From an uncultured bacterium (lineage in GTDB: Bacteria; Patescibacteriota; Minisyncoccia; UBA6257; 2-01-FULL-56-20), in the NCBI GenBank assembly GCA_963707865.1, contig OY970175.1, positions 208,748 through 272,747 on the forward strand: a DNA stretch of 64,000 nt, written 5' to 3'. The notes under the pieces are model-generated. The model was given only the letters and a program-made list of their open reading frames with translations. It did no database searches and was not told the DNA's origin. Within the stretch, counting starts at the first letter, position 1; each line of letters opens with the position of its first letter. Position numbers and translations under genes: made by a program. This document shows positions 47,582 through 57,811 of the stretch, in pieces.

Positions 47582-48907
47582 ATGAATACAAACCAAGGGT
47601 TGATGGGGGCCGCGACCCAACAAAAAGTGCCGGCTTCCATAAAGGTCAGATATTGCCTGTACGCGAGAAAAAGCAGCGAGCAGGACGAGCGTCAGGCGCT
47701 TTCCATCGAGAGTCAGGTAAAGGAGATGAAGCAGATCGCGGAACGCGAGGAACTGGATGTCGCGGAGATACGGCAGGAAAGCCATTCAGCAAAGAACTCC
47801 GGAGGACGTCCGGTGTTCAACAAAATCCTTGATGACGTGAGGAACGGCACGTTCAACGGTATCCTCACTTGGGCACCCGATCGCTTGAGCCGCAATGCTG
47901 GGGATTTGGGAAAGCTCGTTGATCTTATGGACCAAGGCCTGCTCGTGGGCATCCGTACCTTCGGGCAGAAATTTGCCAATACCCCGAACGAAAAGTTCTT
48001 GCTCATGATATTATGTTCACAGGCGAAGCTTGAAAACGACAATAAAGGTCAAAATGTGATGCGTGGCCTCCGGGCGAGGGTCGAGACCGGCCTCTGGCCG
48101 GGCAAAGCTCCGTTGGGATATCTGAACCAGATGCTGCGGGACAAGAAATGCGAAGTCATCGTGGACAAGAAGCGGGCGCCCGTCGTGAGGCTGATTTTCA
48201 AAAAAGCGGGCGAGGGCTGGAGCGGGAGAAAGATCTACCGCTGGCTGAAGGACGAGAAGCAGTTTAGAACCCGCGGCGACAAATCTCTTAGCCTGAGCGG
48301 TATCTACCGCGTTCTCACGAGCCCCTTCTTCTATGGCATGCTGGAATTTCCCAGAAAGAGCGGAAACTGGTATCAAGGGAAACATCAACCGCTCATCTCT
48401 GAGGAACTTTTCCGAAATGTGCAACTTCAGCTGAAACGCGAGGAAACGAGGAGAAAAGCAAGCGAGTTCGCTTTCACCAAACTCATTGCCTGCGGCATCT
48501 GCGGATCGCACATCATCGCCGAGCAGAAATTCGTCAAAAGAAAAGACGGCACGACCACCCGCTGTGTCTATTATGGATGTAGCAGATCAAAAGACCGTTC
48601 CTGCAAGAACCACTACATGAAAGAGGACGATTTCATGGCCAAGATCGCTGACATCATCGATGCGGTGAAGCTCAACGAACTGGGCGTCGCGATGCAGTGC
48701 GAGGAGGAGATCAAGCGGCTGAGGAACTTATCGACAGTAATGGGCGTAGAGGGGACTCACGGCATTGACCTGGAAAAGATCAATGTCAAAACCTACGCAA
48801 AGCACCTTCTCAAGAACGGCAGCTCGTCTGAAAAGAGAATTCTCCTTTCGCATCTCCGGAGCATGCTGATATACAAGAACAAAACGATTGAAGTTGCAGG
48901 TGAGTAA
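47582..48907 (+). CDS. Large serine recombinase
   Basis: YARKSS, DRLSRN, recombinase domain, CGICG...YYGC zinc ribbon. Confidence 0.9.
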   Translation: MNTNQGLMGAATQQKVPASIKVRYCLYARKSSEQDERQALSIESQVKEMKQIAEREELDVAEIRQESHSAKNSGGRPVFNKILDDVRNGTFNGILTWAPDRLSRNAGDLGKLVDLMDQGLLVGIRTFGQKFANTPNEKFLLMILCSQAKLENDNKGQNVMRGLRARVETGLWPGKAPLGYLNQMLRDKKCEVIVDKKRAPVVRLIFKKAGEGWSGRKIYRWLKDEKQFRTRGDKSLSLSGIYRVLTSPFFYGMLEFPRKSGNWYQGKHQPLISEELFRNVQLQLKREETRRKASEFAFTKLIACGICGSHIIAEQKFVKRKDGTTTRCVYYGCSRSKDRSCKNHYMKEDDFMAKIADIIDAVKLNELGVAMQCEEEIKRLRNLSTVMGVEGTHGIDLEKINVKTYAKHLLKNGSSSEKRILLSHLRSMLIYKNKTIEVAGE

Positions 48908-48989
48908 TAAAAATATTTAACCAACGAGGCCCTGCGGGTCGCAAAAGAACCTCATATTACGAGAACACGCCGATAGAAAAAAGTCAATG

Positions 48990-49060
48990 CTGCCGGGCTT
49001 GGATTCGAACCAAGATGACGACTTCCAGAGAGTCGCATCCTACCATTAGATGACCCGGCA
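48990..49060 (-). tRNA. tRNA-Gln(CTG)
   Basis: Acceptor TGCCGGG/CCCGGCA, anticodon arm CGACT-CTCTGGA-AGTCG, GGTTCGAATCC T-arm. Confidence 0.92.
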
Positions 49061-49126
49061 ATGTCGCAACCGTACCACCGTGCTGCGGTTGCGTTTCCTA
49101 TAATATAACAAAAATCCCTCGGGCGT

Positions 49127-50227
49127 CTATAGATTCTCAATGATCGTGATCTCAAGCGGCACGATCGCGAAGGGCGAGTACCGCATTTCGGCGTACGCGC
49201 GGATAAGGGATTTGATGAACTTCACGAGGAATGCGGCGTCGGCGGGCGCAGCAAGTTTCTTCACTGCCGCGATCTCGTCGCGTGTGAGCTCCTTTTCAAA
49301 AATTTTATCAAGCGAAGGGTTCACTTTGAGGGAGAGCACCTTTCGCAGATAGTGGATAAGGTCTCTCGCGAACTGCACGAGGTTATATCCTTCGTCGGTG
49401 AGGAGCGAAACGTAGGCAAGCGCGCCCTTCGCATCCTTCGCGAGTATGAGTGCGGCAAGCTCATGGATTTTCTTGAGGCCGGTACGGCCCGTCACGCGTT
49501 CCACGGTCGCGAGGTCGATGTGTGTTGCGAGAGACGCGATCTGGTCCAGGAGCGAGATGGCGTCGCGGAGACTTCCTTCACCTGCCGCCGCAATGAGTTC
49601 CAGTGCCGGTTCGTCGATTCCTATTTTTTCCCCTTTCGCGATCGCCGCGAGCATTTCCATGATATGGGTTTTAGAGATCTTTTTGAAGGTGAACCGTTGT
49701 GCGCGCGAGGTGATCGTGGCCGGCAGTTTTTCGTACTCAGTCGTTGCAAGCACGATCACCGCGTGGCGCGGCGGTTCCTCCAATGTTTTCAAAAGCGCGT
49801 TGAAGGCGAAGCCAGTCAGCGAATGCGCTTCATCAATGATGTACACCTTGTGGGCGGCCGTGGCGGGGGAGGTGCGGATGCTCTCGCGCAAATTGCGGAT
49901 CTCGTCAATGCCGCGGTTGGAGGCAGCATCTATTTCAATCACGTCAAACGAGTTCTGCGTGTCTATCTCGCGGCATTCGCGACACTCATTGCACGGTTCG
50001 CCGAGTTTCGCGAACTCAGGGTCGCCCCGCCGTTTTTCGCAGTTGAGAAGCTTTGCCAAGAGCCGCGCCGTGGTCGTTTTCCCCGTCCCGCGCGGCCCGT
50101 GGAAGATATACGCTTGCCCCAAACGCCCCGCTTTCGCGGCGTTTTTGAGGATCAACATGTTCGTTTCCTGTCCGAGAACCTCGTCCAGTTTTTTGGGGCG
50201 ATACTTTCGGTAGAGCGCTTGTGCCAT
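49127..50227 (-). CDS. dnaX: DNA polymerase III subunit gamma/tau
   Basis: ALYRKYRP, GPRGTGKT, EIDAAS, DEAH, LLKTLEEPP. Confidence 0.95.
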   Translation of the reverse strand: MAQALYRKYRPKKLDEVLGQETNMLILKNAAKAGRLGQAYIFHGPRGTGKTTTARLLAKLLNCEKRRGDPEFAKLGEPCNECRECREIDTQNSFDVIEIDAASNRGIDEIRNLRESIRTSPATAAHKVYIIDEAHSLTGFAFNALLKTLEEPPRHAVIVLATTEYEKLPATITSRAQRFTFKKISKTHIMEMLAAIAKGEKIGIDEPALELIAAAGEGSLRDAISLLDQIASLATHIDLATVERVTGRTGLKKIHELAALILAKDAKGALAYVSLLTDEGYNLVQFARDLIHYLRKVLSLKVNPSLDKIFEKELTRDEIAAVKKLAAPADAAFLVKFIKSLIRAYAEMRYSPFAIVPLEITIIENL

Positions 50228-50289
50228 TTACGAAAATTATAGGCAATCCCGTTGATTTCGGCAATTTTTTTCCATATGATGGAAGAGAC

Positions 50290-51702
50290 ATGAAATTGAT
50301 ATCAGGAGTCGTCTTTATTTGCGTTATTCTTGCCGCAGCATTTTTTTTATCCTTTTCTTCAAACAATGTCGCAGTGAACCCCGCGACCAGCGCCGATATC
50401 GCAGGCGTCGTGACGTCCAGAACGAACGGAACGGCGGCCCTTTCCGCAACGTCTTCAGCGTCTTCCAGCCCGCTTCTTAGAGAATCGGAGGCGCCACAAC
50501 TACCTCCCAACGTGGCCGCCGCATCGTCTGCAGGTGGGGATGACATCGCTCCCCAGCCGAAGCTCGCAAACCCTCCTTCTATAGTGAAGGGAATTTATTT
50601 GACCGCGTGGGTTGCGGGATCTCCCGGCAGGGTGCAATCAATCATCAATCTTCTTAAGAGTACCGGTCTCAATGCGGTCGTCATTGACCTCAAAGATTAT
50701 TCCGGCTACGTCTCGTACGCGATGGACGTGCCGCAGGTGAAGGCGTCCGGTGCGGAGAGCGAGATCCGCATTGCGCGTCCGAACGCGCTCATCAAAGAAC
50801 TGCACGACAACGGCATTTACGCGATCGGCCGCATCACCGATTTTCAGGATCCGATCCTTGCGAAGGCACATCCGGAGTGGGCGCTGCGCAATAAGACAAC
50901 GGGCGGCGTTTGGAAGGACAATAACGGGCTTGCGTGGATGGATCCCGCCGCGACCCCCGTGTGGGATTATCTCGCCACAATCGCGAGTGACGCCTTTGGC
51001 CGCGGCTTTGACGAAATTCAATTTGACTACATTCGTTTCGCCTCTGACGGATCGCTTGGCAATATTTCCTATCCATATTGGAATGGGAAGACGCCCATGG
51101 CGACCGTGATTGCCGACTATTTCAAATTCCTGCGCGCGCAATTCCCGAACGAAAAACTCTCCGCCGACCTCTTCGGGCTTTCAACGATCAATAACGATGA
51201 CCTTGGCATCGGCCAGGTCATCCAAAGCGCCTACGAATATTTTGATTACGTGTCGCCGATGGTTTACCCATCCCATTATGCAAGTAGATTTTTGGGATAT
51301 AAAAGCCCCGCTTCGTATCCGTACCAAGTGATCAGTTATTCGCTTACACATGCGATCGCAAAGCTTGTAGCGATGGGGAATAGCAATTCAACTATCGCGA
51401 CTGCAACGGGCACCACGACCAGCACCACTACAACCAGTACTACCGCCAGTACCACCGCAACCAGCACGAAGGCGGCAGCGCACTCGCCATTCAATCTCGG
51501 CTATATCCCGCAGACAAAGCTCCGCCCGTGGCTTCAGGATTTTGACCTGTACGGCGTGCCGTACACGCCCCAAATGGTCGCGCTTGAAAAGCATGCGGTT
51601 TACGATACGTTGGATACCACGACCACGAGCCAGTACTACGGTGGCTGGCTTCTGTGGGATGCCGCGAACAGCTACACCGCCGCGGACCTCGGGGCGGAAT
51701 AA
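50290..51702 (+). CDS. Putative glycoside hydrolase (DUF4015-like), membrane-anchored
   Basis: KGIYLT, NAVVIDLKD, GFDEIQFDYIRF, PMVYPSHY, RPWLQDF. Confidence 0.8.
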   Translation: MKLISGVVFICVILAAAFFLSFSSNNVAVNPATSADIAGVVTSRTNGTAALSATSSASSSPLLRESEAPQLPPNVAAASSAGGDDIAPQPKLANPPSIVKGIYLTAWVAGSPGRVQSIINLLKSTGLNAVVIDLKDYSGYVSYAMDVPQVKASGAESEIRIARPNALIKELHDNGIYAIGRITDFQDPILAKAHPEWALRNKTTGGVWKDNNGLAWMDPAATPVWDYLATIASDAFGRGFDEIQFDYIRFASDGSLGNISYPYWNGKTPMATVIADYFKFLRAQFPNEKLSADLFGLSTINNDDLGIGQVIQSAYEYFDYVSPMVYPSHYASRFLGYKSPASYPYQVISYSLTHAIAKLVAMGNSNSTIATATGTTTSTTTTSTTASTTATSTKAAAHSPFNLGYIPQTKLRPWLQDFDLYGVPYTPQMVALEKHAVYDTLDTTTTSQYYGGWLLWDAANSYTAADLGAE

Positions 51703-51706
51703 AGTC

Positions 51707-52456
51707 ATGCCGTACGAAATCAAAACGGAACAGTTCAGTGGACCACTTGAGAAACTTCTGGAACTTATTGAAGCCGAGAAGTTAGGGGTAAGTGAGGTGA
51801 GCCTGGCGAAGGTCACTGATGGCTTTTTGAAATACCTTGAACGGTTCCGGCAAGGCGGGGGAGAGGGCGAGGAGAAATTCCGCGTGGACTTGCGCGTCCT
51901 AGCCGACTTTATCTCTGTCGCAAGCAAGCTCATTTTTTTGAAGTCAAAGCATCTTTTGCCTGGGCTTGCGCTTATGGAGGATGAGGAAACGGACATCAAA
52001 GAATTGGAAGAACGCTTGAGGCGGTACCAGGCGCTGAAGCCGGTACTGAAACATTTCAATAAGCTTTGGCGCGAAAGCCACCGTTCCTACAGCCGGCCGT
52101 ACTTTTTGGGGCGCGGGACGGGGCTTGCCGCGGGACAGAAGGTCTTCTACCCGGGCGACAATTTGGATACGCCCACGCTCCAGGCGGGGCTTCTCAAAAT
52201 CTTTGAAATCGTAAAAACCTATGCCTTTGAAACGGAAACCATCAAAGAAAAGATCATTACGCTTGAAGAGAAGATTTCCGAAGTGCTCAACCGCGTCAAA
52301 GCCGAGGGCGACCTGCAATTCCGACGGCTTTCGGGTGAAAAATCGCGCTCGGAAATGATCGTGCTCTTCCTCGCGATTCTCCACCTCGCGCGCGAACAGC
52401 TCATCCTTCTTGAGCAAATAGATAATTTTTCTGATATAATGGTCAAGAAAAAATGA
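51707..52456 (+). CDS. scpA: Segregation and condensation protein A
   Basis: FSGPLEKLLELI, FLAILHL. Confidence 0.88.
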   Translation: MPYEIKTEQFSGPLEKLLELIEAEKLGVSEVSLAKVTDGFLKYLERFRQGGGEGEEKFRVDLRVLADFISVASKLIFLKSKHLLPGLALMEDEETDIKELEERLRRYQALKPVLKHFNKLWRESHRSYSRPYFLGRGTGLAAGQKVFYPGDNLDTPTLQAGLLKIFEIVKTYAFETETIKEKIITLEEKISEVLNRVKAEGDLQFRRLSGEKSRSEMIVLFLAILHLAREQLILLEQIDNFSDIMVKKK

Positions 52457-53067
52457 GTGACGCGCCCGATCAGAAATTAGCTTCCTTGGAAGCGCTGCTT
52501 TTCATTCACGGCGAACCGCTTTCGTATAAAAAGATAGAGTCGGTATTAAATTTGAAGAAGGGCGAAGCCGAATCGCTCGCGGAGGAATTAAAAAAGCATT
52601 TGGAAACGCCGGAGCGGGGATTGCATTTGGTCGCGGATAAAGAAAAGATCCAGCTCGCGACAAAGCCCGCATTTGGCAAGCTTTTGGAGGACTTTGTGAA
52701 AGACGAGCTTACGGAAGAACTCACGCCGGCGTCGCTTGAGGCGCTTTCCATCGTGGCGTATCTCGGTCCCATCTCGCGCGCGAAATTGGAATATCTGCGC
52801 GGGGTGAATTCCATCGTGATCTTGAGAAGTTTGATGATCCGCGGGCTCATAGAGCGCCTGCCGGATCCCGAGCACCCCTCCGGATTCCTGTACCGGCCGA
52901 CGTTTGAACTTATGAAACATCTCGGCATTGCCGCAGAAAAAGACCTGCCGGAGTACGAAAGATTCCAAGAGCTTTTGAAAATCTTTGAAACGCAAAACGT
53001 GGCGGGACCGGTGCCGACCGAACCGGCATCGCCAATCTCGCCTCCGGAACAACCAACCCATGAATAA
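52453..53067 (+). CDS. scpB: Segregation and condensation protein B
   Basis: LEALLF, LEALSIVAY, EYLRGV. Confidence 0.9.
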   Translation: MSDAPDQKLASLEALLFIHGEPLSYKKIESVLNLKKGEAESLAEELKKHLETPERGLHLVADKEKIQLATKPAFGKLLEDFVKDELTEELTPASLEALSIVAYLGPISRAKLEYLRGVNSIVILRSLMIRGLIERLPDPEHPSGFLYRPTFELMKHLGIAAEKDLPEYERFQELLKIFETQNVAGPVPTEPASPISPPEQPTHE

Positions 53068-54103
53068 CACCTTCGCAAAATTTGCGTTTTTGGTCGTCGT
53101 GATCGGTGCGGTGCTGTTTTCAAAGATGATGTATCCGGCGGCCGCTCCCGCTGCGAACCTTGCTTCAGCGAACAATGTGATACGAGGGAACGCTTCAAGT
53201 GCGGTGCCAATGTTCATTTTGCCTTCTGCCGCCGTCACTGCCCACGGTGCGAGCGGCGTCGGTAGTGTGGGTGATGTGGAAAGCGACACCCAAGCCAAAG
53301 CGGACGTTCCCAAAATGAACACTCCCGCAGCGAACATTCCCGCGATACTTTCCGGGCAGAGCGCTCCGCCGCCTGTGCTCACGGACGCGGCATCGCTCGT
53401 CGCCGATCTTACGAGCGGGACATCGTTTGCATCGGCAAACGGCGATGCGCGGTGGCCGACCGCCTCTATCGCAAAGCTTATGACCGCGACCGTTGTGGAA
53501 GACAAACTCAATGTGGCGACCGCGACCGCGACTGCGATCACCATCACCGAAAATATGTTCGCGGCCGACGTGACCGAGCAGGCGCTCGTGGTCGGCGGCA
53601 GGTATGCGGTATCCGATTTGTTGCGCGCCATATTGCTTCCCTCGTCCAACGTCGCTGCGGAAGCGCTCGCATCGTTCTACGGCAGAGAAGCATTCCTTGC
53701 GGAGATGAACGCGCGCGCCGCGGTATGGGGAATGAACAATACCCATTTTGACGACCCCTCCGGCATTTCCGCGGGCGACGAATCCACCGCGAACGACCTT
53801 TTGAAGCTCGCAGAGAAGTTATATGCCGATTATCCGCAGATTCTTCGGATTACAAGAACTCCGCAGGCCACCATTACCGAGGAGAATTCTGGAAAGAAAA
53901 TCTTATTGAAAAGTATCAATGAGTTCGCGGGCGATGCGGATTTCGTCGGCGGGAAGACCGGCTATACCGATCAGGCGGATGGCAACCTTCTCTCGGTGTT
54001 CCGCAACGGCGGGAAGCCGCTCGTCGTCATTGTCCTGGGGAGTAGCGCTCGCTTTGACGATACGAAAGCGTTGTATGATTGGTATAAAGCAAATTTCAAG
54101 TAA
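53060..54103 (+). CDS. D-alanyl-D-alanine carboxypeptidase (S11)
   Basis: SIAK, SSN and KTG motifs. Confidence 0.85.
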   Translation: MNNTFAKFAFLVVVIGAVLFSKMMYPAAAPAANLASANNVIRGNASSAVPMFILPSAAVTAHGASGVGSVGDVESDTQAKADVPKMNTPAANIPAILSGQSAPPPVLTDAASLVADLTSGTSFASANGDARWPTASIAKLMTATVVEDKLNVATATATAITITENMFAADVTEQALVVGGRYAVSDLLRAILLPSSNVAAEALASFYGREAFLAEMNARAAVWGMNNTHFDDPSGISAGDESTANDLLKLAEKLYADYPQILRITRTPQATITEENSGKKILLKSINEFAGDADFVGGKTGYTDQADGNLLSVFRNGGKPLVVIVLGSSARFDDTKALYDWYKANFK

Positions 54104-54109
54104 TACTGC

Positions 54110-55168
54110 ATGAGCATACTGGTTACGCAAACAATAAGGGTTCTTGTGCTTTCGGCGATCGCATTCACGGTGGCGCTTTTTATTACGCCTGCCTGGTACC
54201 GATTTCTCAAACGGCGGCATTTTGACAAGCAGATCCGCGAGGAGGCCGACGCACCAGTGTTCTACGAATTGCACAAGAAGAAAGCCGGAACGCCGACCGG
54301 CGGCGGTGTCATTATCTGGGGCACCGTGATCGGCCTCGCTGCAATTTTCGGCATCCTAAACAGACTGTTTGACGGCCGCGTGTGGCACTATCTGAACTTC
54401 ATCAATCGTGCGGAAACCTACTTGCCACTCGCCGCACTCATGGGCGCCGCACTCCTGGGCCTACTGGACGATTGGTTGGGGGCACTACGGGCCGGCGGCG
54501 GGTCCGGCGGGGGATTAAAAGTCCGCCAGAAATCCGTTCTGTATCTCGCGATCGCGCTCGTGGGCGCATGGTGGTTCTATTTCCGTCTTGGCTGGGATGT
54601 TATCACGGTGCCCTTCCTCGGCAACTACCAGATTGGCTGGTGGTACATTCCCATTTTCATTTTCATTATTTTCGCGAGCGCGTTTTCCGCGAACGAAACG
54701 GATGGCTTGGACGGCCTTCTGGGCGGCGTGTCACTCTTCGCATTCGTCGCGCTCACGACCGTTGCTTTCGTTCTCCACCGTTACGACCTCGCGGCGTTTG
54801 GAGGAATGATGGTTGGCGCTCTCCTCGCATTCCTTTGGAACAACATTTACCCGGCGAAGTTCATCATGGGCGACACCGGCTCAATGTCTCTCGGTATCAC
54901 GATCGGCGTGATCGCAATGCTTACGAACACCGCACTCCTCCTCCCGTTCTTCGCGATCATCCTCGTCATAGAATCCCTTTCCGTCATTGTCCAGATAGCC
55001 TCAAAAAAACTCCGCGGCGGCAAAAAGATATTCCGCTCCACGCCTATCCACCACCACTTTGAAGCACTCGGTTGGCCCGAATCGCAGGTCACCATGCGCT
55101 TCTGGATCATCTCCGCTATCTTCTGCGCGCTCGGGCTCGTCATTTTCTTCCTCTCGGTGGCGACATAG
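54110..55168 (+). CDS. mraY: Phospho-N-acetylmuramoyl-pentapeptide transferase
   Basis: KAGTPTGGG, NETDGLDG, MGDTGS, PIHHHFE. Confidence 0.93.
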   Translation: MSILVTQTIRVLVLSAIAFTVALFITPAWYRFLKRRHFDKQIREEADAPVFYELHKKKAGTPTGGGVIIWGTVIGLAAIFGILNRLFDGRVWHYLNFINRAETYLPLAALMGAALLGLLDDWLGALRAGGGSGGGLKVRQKSVLYLAIALVGAWWFYFRLGWDVITVPFLGNYQIGWWYIPIFIFIIFASAFSANETDGLDGLLGGVSLFAFVALTTVAFVLHRYDLAAFGGMMVGALLAFLWNNIYPAKFIMGDTGSMSLGITIGVIAMLTNTALLLPFFAIILVIESLSVIVQIASKKLRGGKKIFRSTPIHHHFEALGWPESQVTMRFWIISAIFCALGLVIFFLSVAT

Positions 55169-55245
55169 GGTGAAAGGGTGTTTTCTGTTTGTATGTTGAT
55201 ATAAGTGGCAGTTTATGGTATGAGGACAATGGGAAGGAGGTTCCC

Positions 55246-55386
55246 ATGACTACTCTTTTTGGTGAGCAAAAACAGCCGCGCCGCGAAAAATGGCAACTCG
55301 TCCTCGGCATCCTATTGGCGGCAGCGATCATCGTCGGCGCTTGCCTCCTTGCAATCACACACGTTGCGCATCACGCGGCGAGGTAG
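55246..55386 (+). CDS. Small single-TM protein
   Basis: AAGGAGG SD, hydrophobic helix. Confidence 0.55.
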   Translation: MTTLFGEQKQPRREKWQLVLGILLAAAIIVGACLLAITHVAHHAAR

Positions 55387-55473
55387 GGAAGTATCTCCGG
55401 GTTGTGGCGCCCCAATCCGGAGAAAATAATCATTAGGGCGCCTTTTAATTTTGCTGCGCTGCAACGAGACAAG

Positions 55474-55503
55474 TTGACACTCCGCTTTTTTCTTTGTTAT
55501 ACT
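55474..55503 (+). promoter_or_regulatory. rpsB promoter
   Basis: TTGACA, 18-nt spacer, TATACT; 9 nt before ATG. Confidence 0.65.
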
Positions 55504-55512
55504 GTGTTTCAT

Positions 55513-56325
55513 ATGCCAGAAGAGGCCTTGATGTATCCCTCGGAAGCTTCCCGCGAGATGATTGACGCGGGAGTTTTCTATGGACGGAAAAAGAGCAAAA
55601 CGAATCCGAAGATGCGGCAGTTTGTTCTTGCGAACCGCGCCGGGATTGAGATTATCAATCTTCAGAAAACAAGTGATGCATTGGACGTGGCGCTCGGCTT
55701 CATAAAAGAAAAAATGCGCGGGAATTGCCTTGCGCTCTTTGTGGGTACCGAGCCGGCGGCCGAGGCATCTATCGTGCGCCTCGCAAAAAAGTTTAACTTT
55801 CCCTACGTGACCTATCGCTGGGTGGGCGGCGCGATCACGAACTTCAAGATCATCGCAAAACGGATTGAATATCTCAAAAAACTGCGCAGCGATTTTGCGT
55901 CGGGCGCCCTTGAAAAGTACACCAAGAAAGAGCGGCTGGAGCTTGAACGCGAGATGAAACGTTTGGAGGAGTTGATGGGCGGCTTGGAGAACCTTTCGCG
56001 CGAGCCGGATTTTCTGATCATGGTGGATCCGATCATGCACCATACGGCGCTCCGCGAAGCGCGGCGCAAAAAGATCCCGGTCGTCGCGTTTGCGAACGTG
56101 GACGCCGATCCGGATGATATTGACTACCTCGTGCCGGGCAACGACAAGGCGAAGAAAAGCATTGAATGGTTTTTTGAGAAGGTGGAAAAGGCGATGGACG
56201 AGGGGATTGCTGTGCGGACGGCGGCGCCTCCACCGCCCGCACCTGCACCCGTTGCGGAGGCAGGAGCAACGATAGCGGCGCAGCAAGAGCCGCCCACGCC
56301 CAAACCAGAAGGGGCGAGCGTATAA
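55513..56325 (+). CDS. rpsB: 30S ribosomal protein S2
   Basis: AGVFYG, NPKM, RWVGG.ITN, PGND. Confidence 0.93.
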   Translation: MPEEALMYPSEASREMIDAGVFYGRKKSKTNPKMRQFVLANRAGIEIINLQKTSDALDVALGFIKEKMRGNCLALFVGTEPAAEASIVRLAKKFNFPYVTYRWVGGAITNFKIIAKRIEYLKKLRSDFASGALEKYTKKERLELEREMKRLEELMGGLENLSREPDFLIMVDPIMHHTALREARRKKIPVVAFANVDADPDDIDYLVPGNDKAKKSIEWFFEKVEKAMDEGIAVRTAAPPPPAPAPVAEAGATIAAQQEPPTPKPEGASV

Positions 56326-56333
56326 TCAAAGAT

Positions 56334-56795
56334 ATGAGCAACAAGAAAGAGGTAACCGCCGAGACGGTGCAAACCTTGCGTGAAGCGACGGGCGCGGGCG
56401 TGATGGATTGCCGCAGGGCGCTCCTTGAGGCGCACGGCGACTTTGATGCGGCGAAAAAGATCATCCAGGAAAAGGGACTTTCAAAAGTTGAGAAGCGCGC
56501 GGGCAGGGCGACTGGTGCCGGCCTCGTACATTCTTATGTACATGGCGGTCGCATCGGCGTTTTGGTGGATCTCCGCGCCGAGACGGATTTTGTGGTCCGC
56601 TCCGAGCCGTTCCAAAAGCTTATTCACGAACTTGCGATGCAGATCGCAGCCGCGGCGCCCGCGAACGTGGAGGAGCTCCTCGCGCAGCCGTACATCAAGG
56701 ATGAATCGCGCACTGTGAAGGACATCGTGAACGACGTGATCGCGAAGGTAGGGGAGAACATCACCGTAAACCAGTTCTCGCGGATTGAGGTATAA
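56334..56795 (+). CDS. tsf: Elongation factor Ts (short form)
   Basis: LREATGAGVMDCRRAL, ETDFV, KVGENI. Confidence 0.92.
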   Translation: MSNKKEVTAETVQTLREATGAGVMDCRRALLEAHGDFDAAKKIIQEKGLSKVEKRAGRATGAGLVHSYVHGGRIGVLVDLRAETDFVVRSEPFQKLIHELAMQIAAAAPANVEELLAQPYIKDESRTVKDIVNDVIAKVGENITVNQFSRIEV

Positions 56796-56812
56796 GAGTA
56801 TAATAGAAAGCG

Positions 56813-57151
56813 ATGGCAATGTTCATTTTCACAAGCGTTTTGATGATCTCGCTTTCGGCGATGCTTTATCTTATGGTCCGCGCCCTGCCGCGGATCGTGG
56901 AAGAGCCGCCTACCGAGAAACCCGGCTTGCTTGACCGCTGGGTGCATTCCCAGCTGCCGGAAAAATTTGACGCGGCTCTGAACGGTTTTCTTTTGAAGGT
57001 CCTGCGGCGGCTGAAAGTGTTGATGCTAAAAATTGACAACGGTCTAAGCAAGCGCTTGGAAAAGGTAAAGCCGGAGGACAACGGCAAAAAGCCGAACATT
57101 GATTTTAAGGAAATTGCGGGGCAGAATAAGGAAGGCGAAAGCGCTCAATAA
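56813..57151 (+). CDS. Membrane-anchored hypothetical protein
   Basis: N-terminal TM; TATAAT upstream. Confidence 0.7.
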   Translation: MAMFIFTSVLMISLSAMLYLMVRALPRIVEEPPTEKPGLLDRWVHSQLPEKFDAALNGFLLKVLRRLKVLMLKIDNGLSKRLEKVKPEDNGKKPNIDFKEIAGQNKEGESAQ

Positions 57152-57154
57152 AAC

Positions 57155-57239
57155 GCGCAGGTGACGGAGAGGCCAATCGTAGCACGCTGTAAACGTGCCG
57201 CCCTTTCGGGCTACGCAGGTTCGAATCCTGCCCTGCGCA
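57155..57239 (+). tRNA. tRNA-Tyr(GTA)
   Basis: GCGCAGG/CCTGCGC acceptor, GCACG-CTGTAAA-CGTGC anticodon arm, long variable arm, GGTTCGAATCC. Confidence 0.92.
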
Positions 57240-57301
57240 CAAAAAAGAAAAGCCCAGCGCCAGAGCGCGGGGCTTTCGTAGGAAATCAGAAAATTGCGAA
57301 C

Positions 57302-57619
57302 CTACCGAAGGAGATAAACAATCATGCCTCCGACAAAGACCACAAGGGTTGTGCAGACGTACCCACTGCTGAAACCCATAAACCATGTTTCCCCGTTGGT
57401 ATGATAGGTGAACCAACGACGCAGATGTGTGTCGTAGTCTCGCCCGGATTCGCTCATGACCGCGTTGGCGAAGCAGATGATAATTGTTAGAAGCACCAGG
57501 AAAACTTCGAGCATCTCGTACACCCGTTCACTGAGCCGATGGGCTAAAAGCAAGGCAACTGCGGCAAGGAGACCCGCCAAAATTCCCGAGAGAGTGGGGT
57601 GTTTCTGTATCCAAGTCAT
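57302..57619 (-). CDS. Three-TM hypothetical protein
   Basis: AAGGAGG SD; hydrophobic segments. Confidence 0.7.
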   Translation of the reverse strand: MTWIQKHPTLSGILAGLLAAVALLLAHRLSERVYEMLEVFLVLLTIIICFANAVMSESGRDYDTHLRRWFTYHTNGETWFMGFSSGYVCTTLVVFVGGMIVYLLR

Positions 57620-57782
57620 GACATCCTCCTTATAGGATTAAAACGCCAAAGAGCTTTGAGGTCGTCGTCTCCAGCACGATTCCTCACCTGAAATTTCTAT
57701 CCGGCGATACAAGACTCAAGTGCTACTGAACCGCAAATTCTGTTTAGAATCCGGCCACTTGGTAGAACTTTACCCTGCGAAT

Positions 57783-57811
57783 ATTATAATCCATTGGATA
57801 TCATTTGTCAA
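57783..57811 (-). promoter_or_regulatory. Perfect sigma70 promoter with a long 5' UTR
   Basis: TTGACA, 17-nt spacer, TATAAT on the minus strand. Confidence 0.75.

Larger units (their letters stand above)
44603..48989. mobile_element. tRNA-Gln-integrated serine-recombinase islet
   Basis: Recombinase abuts the tRNA 3' end; partial tRNA repeat at the far end. Confidence 0.55.
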
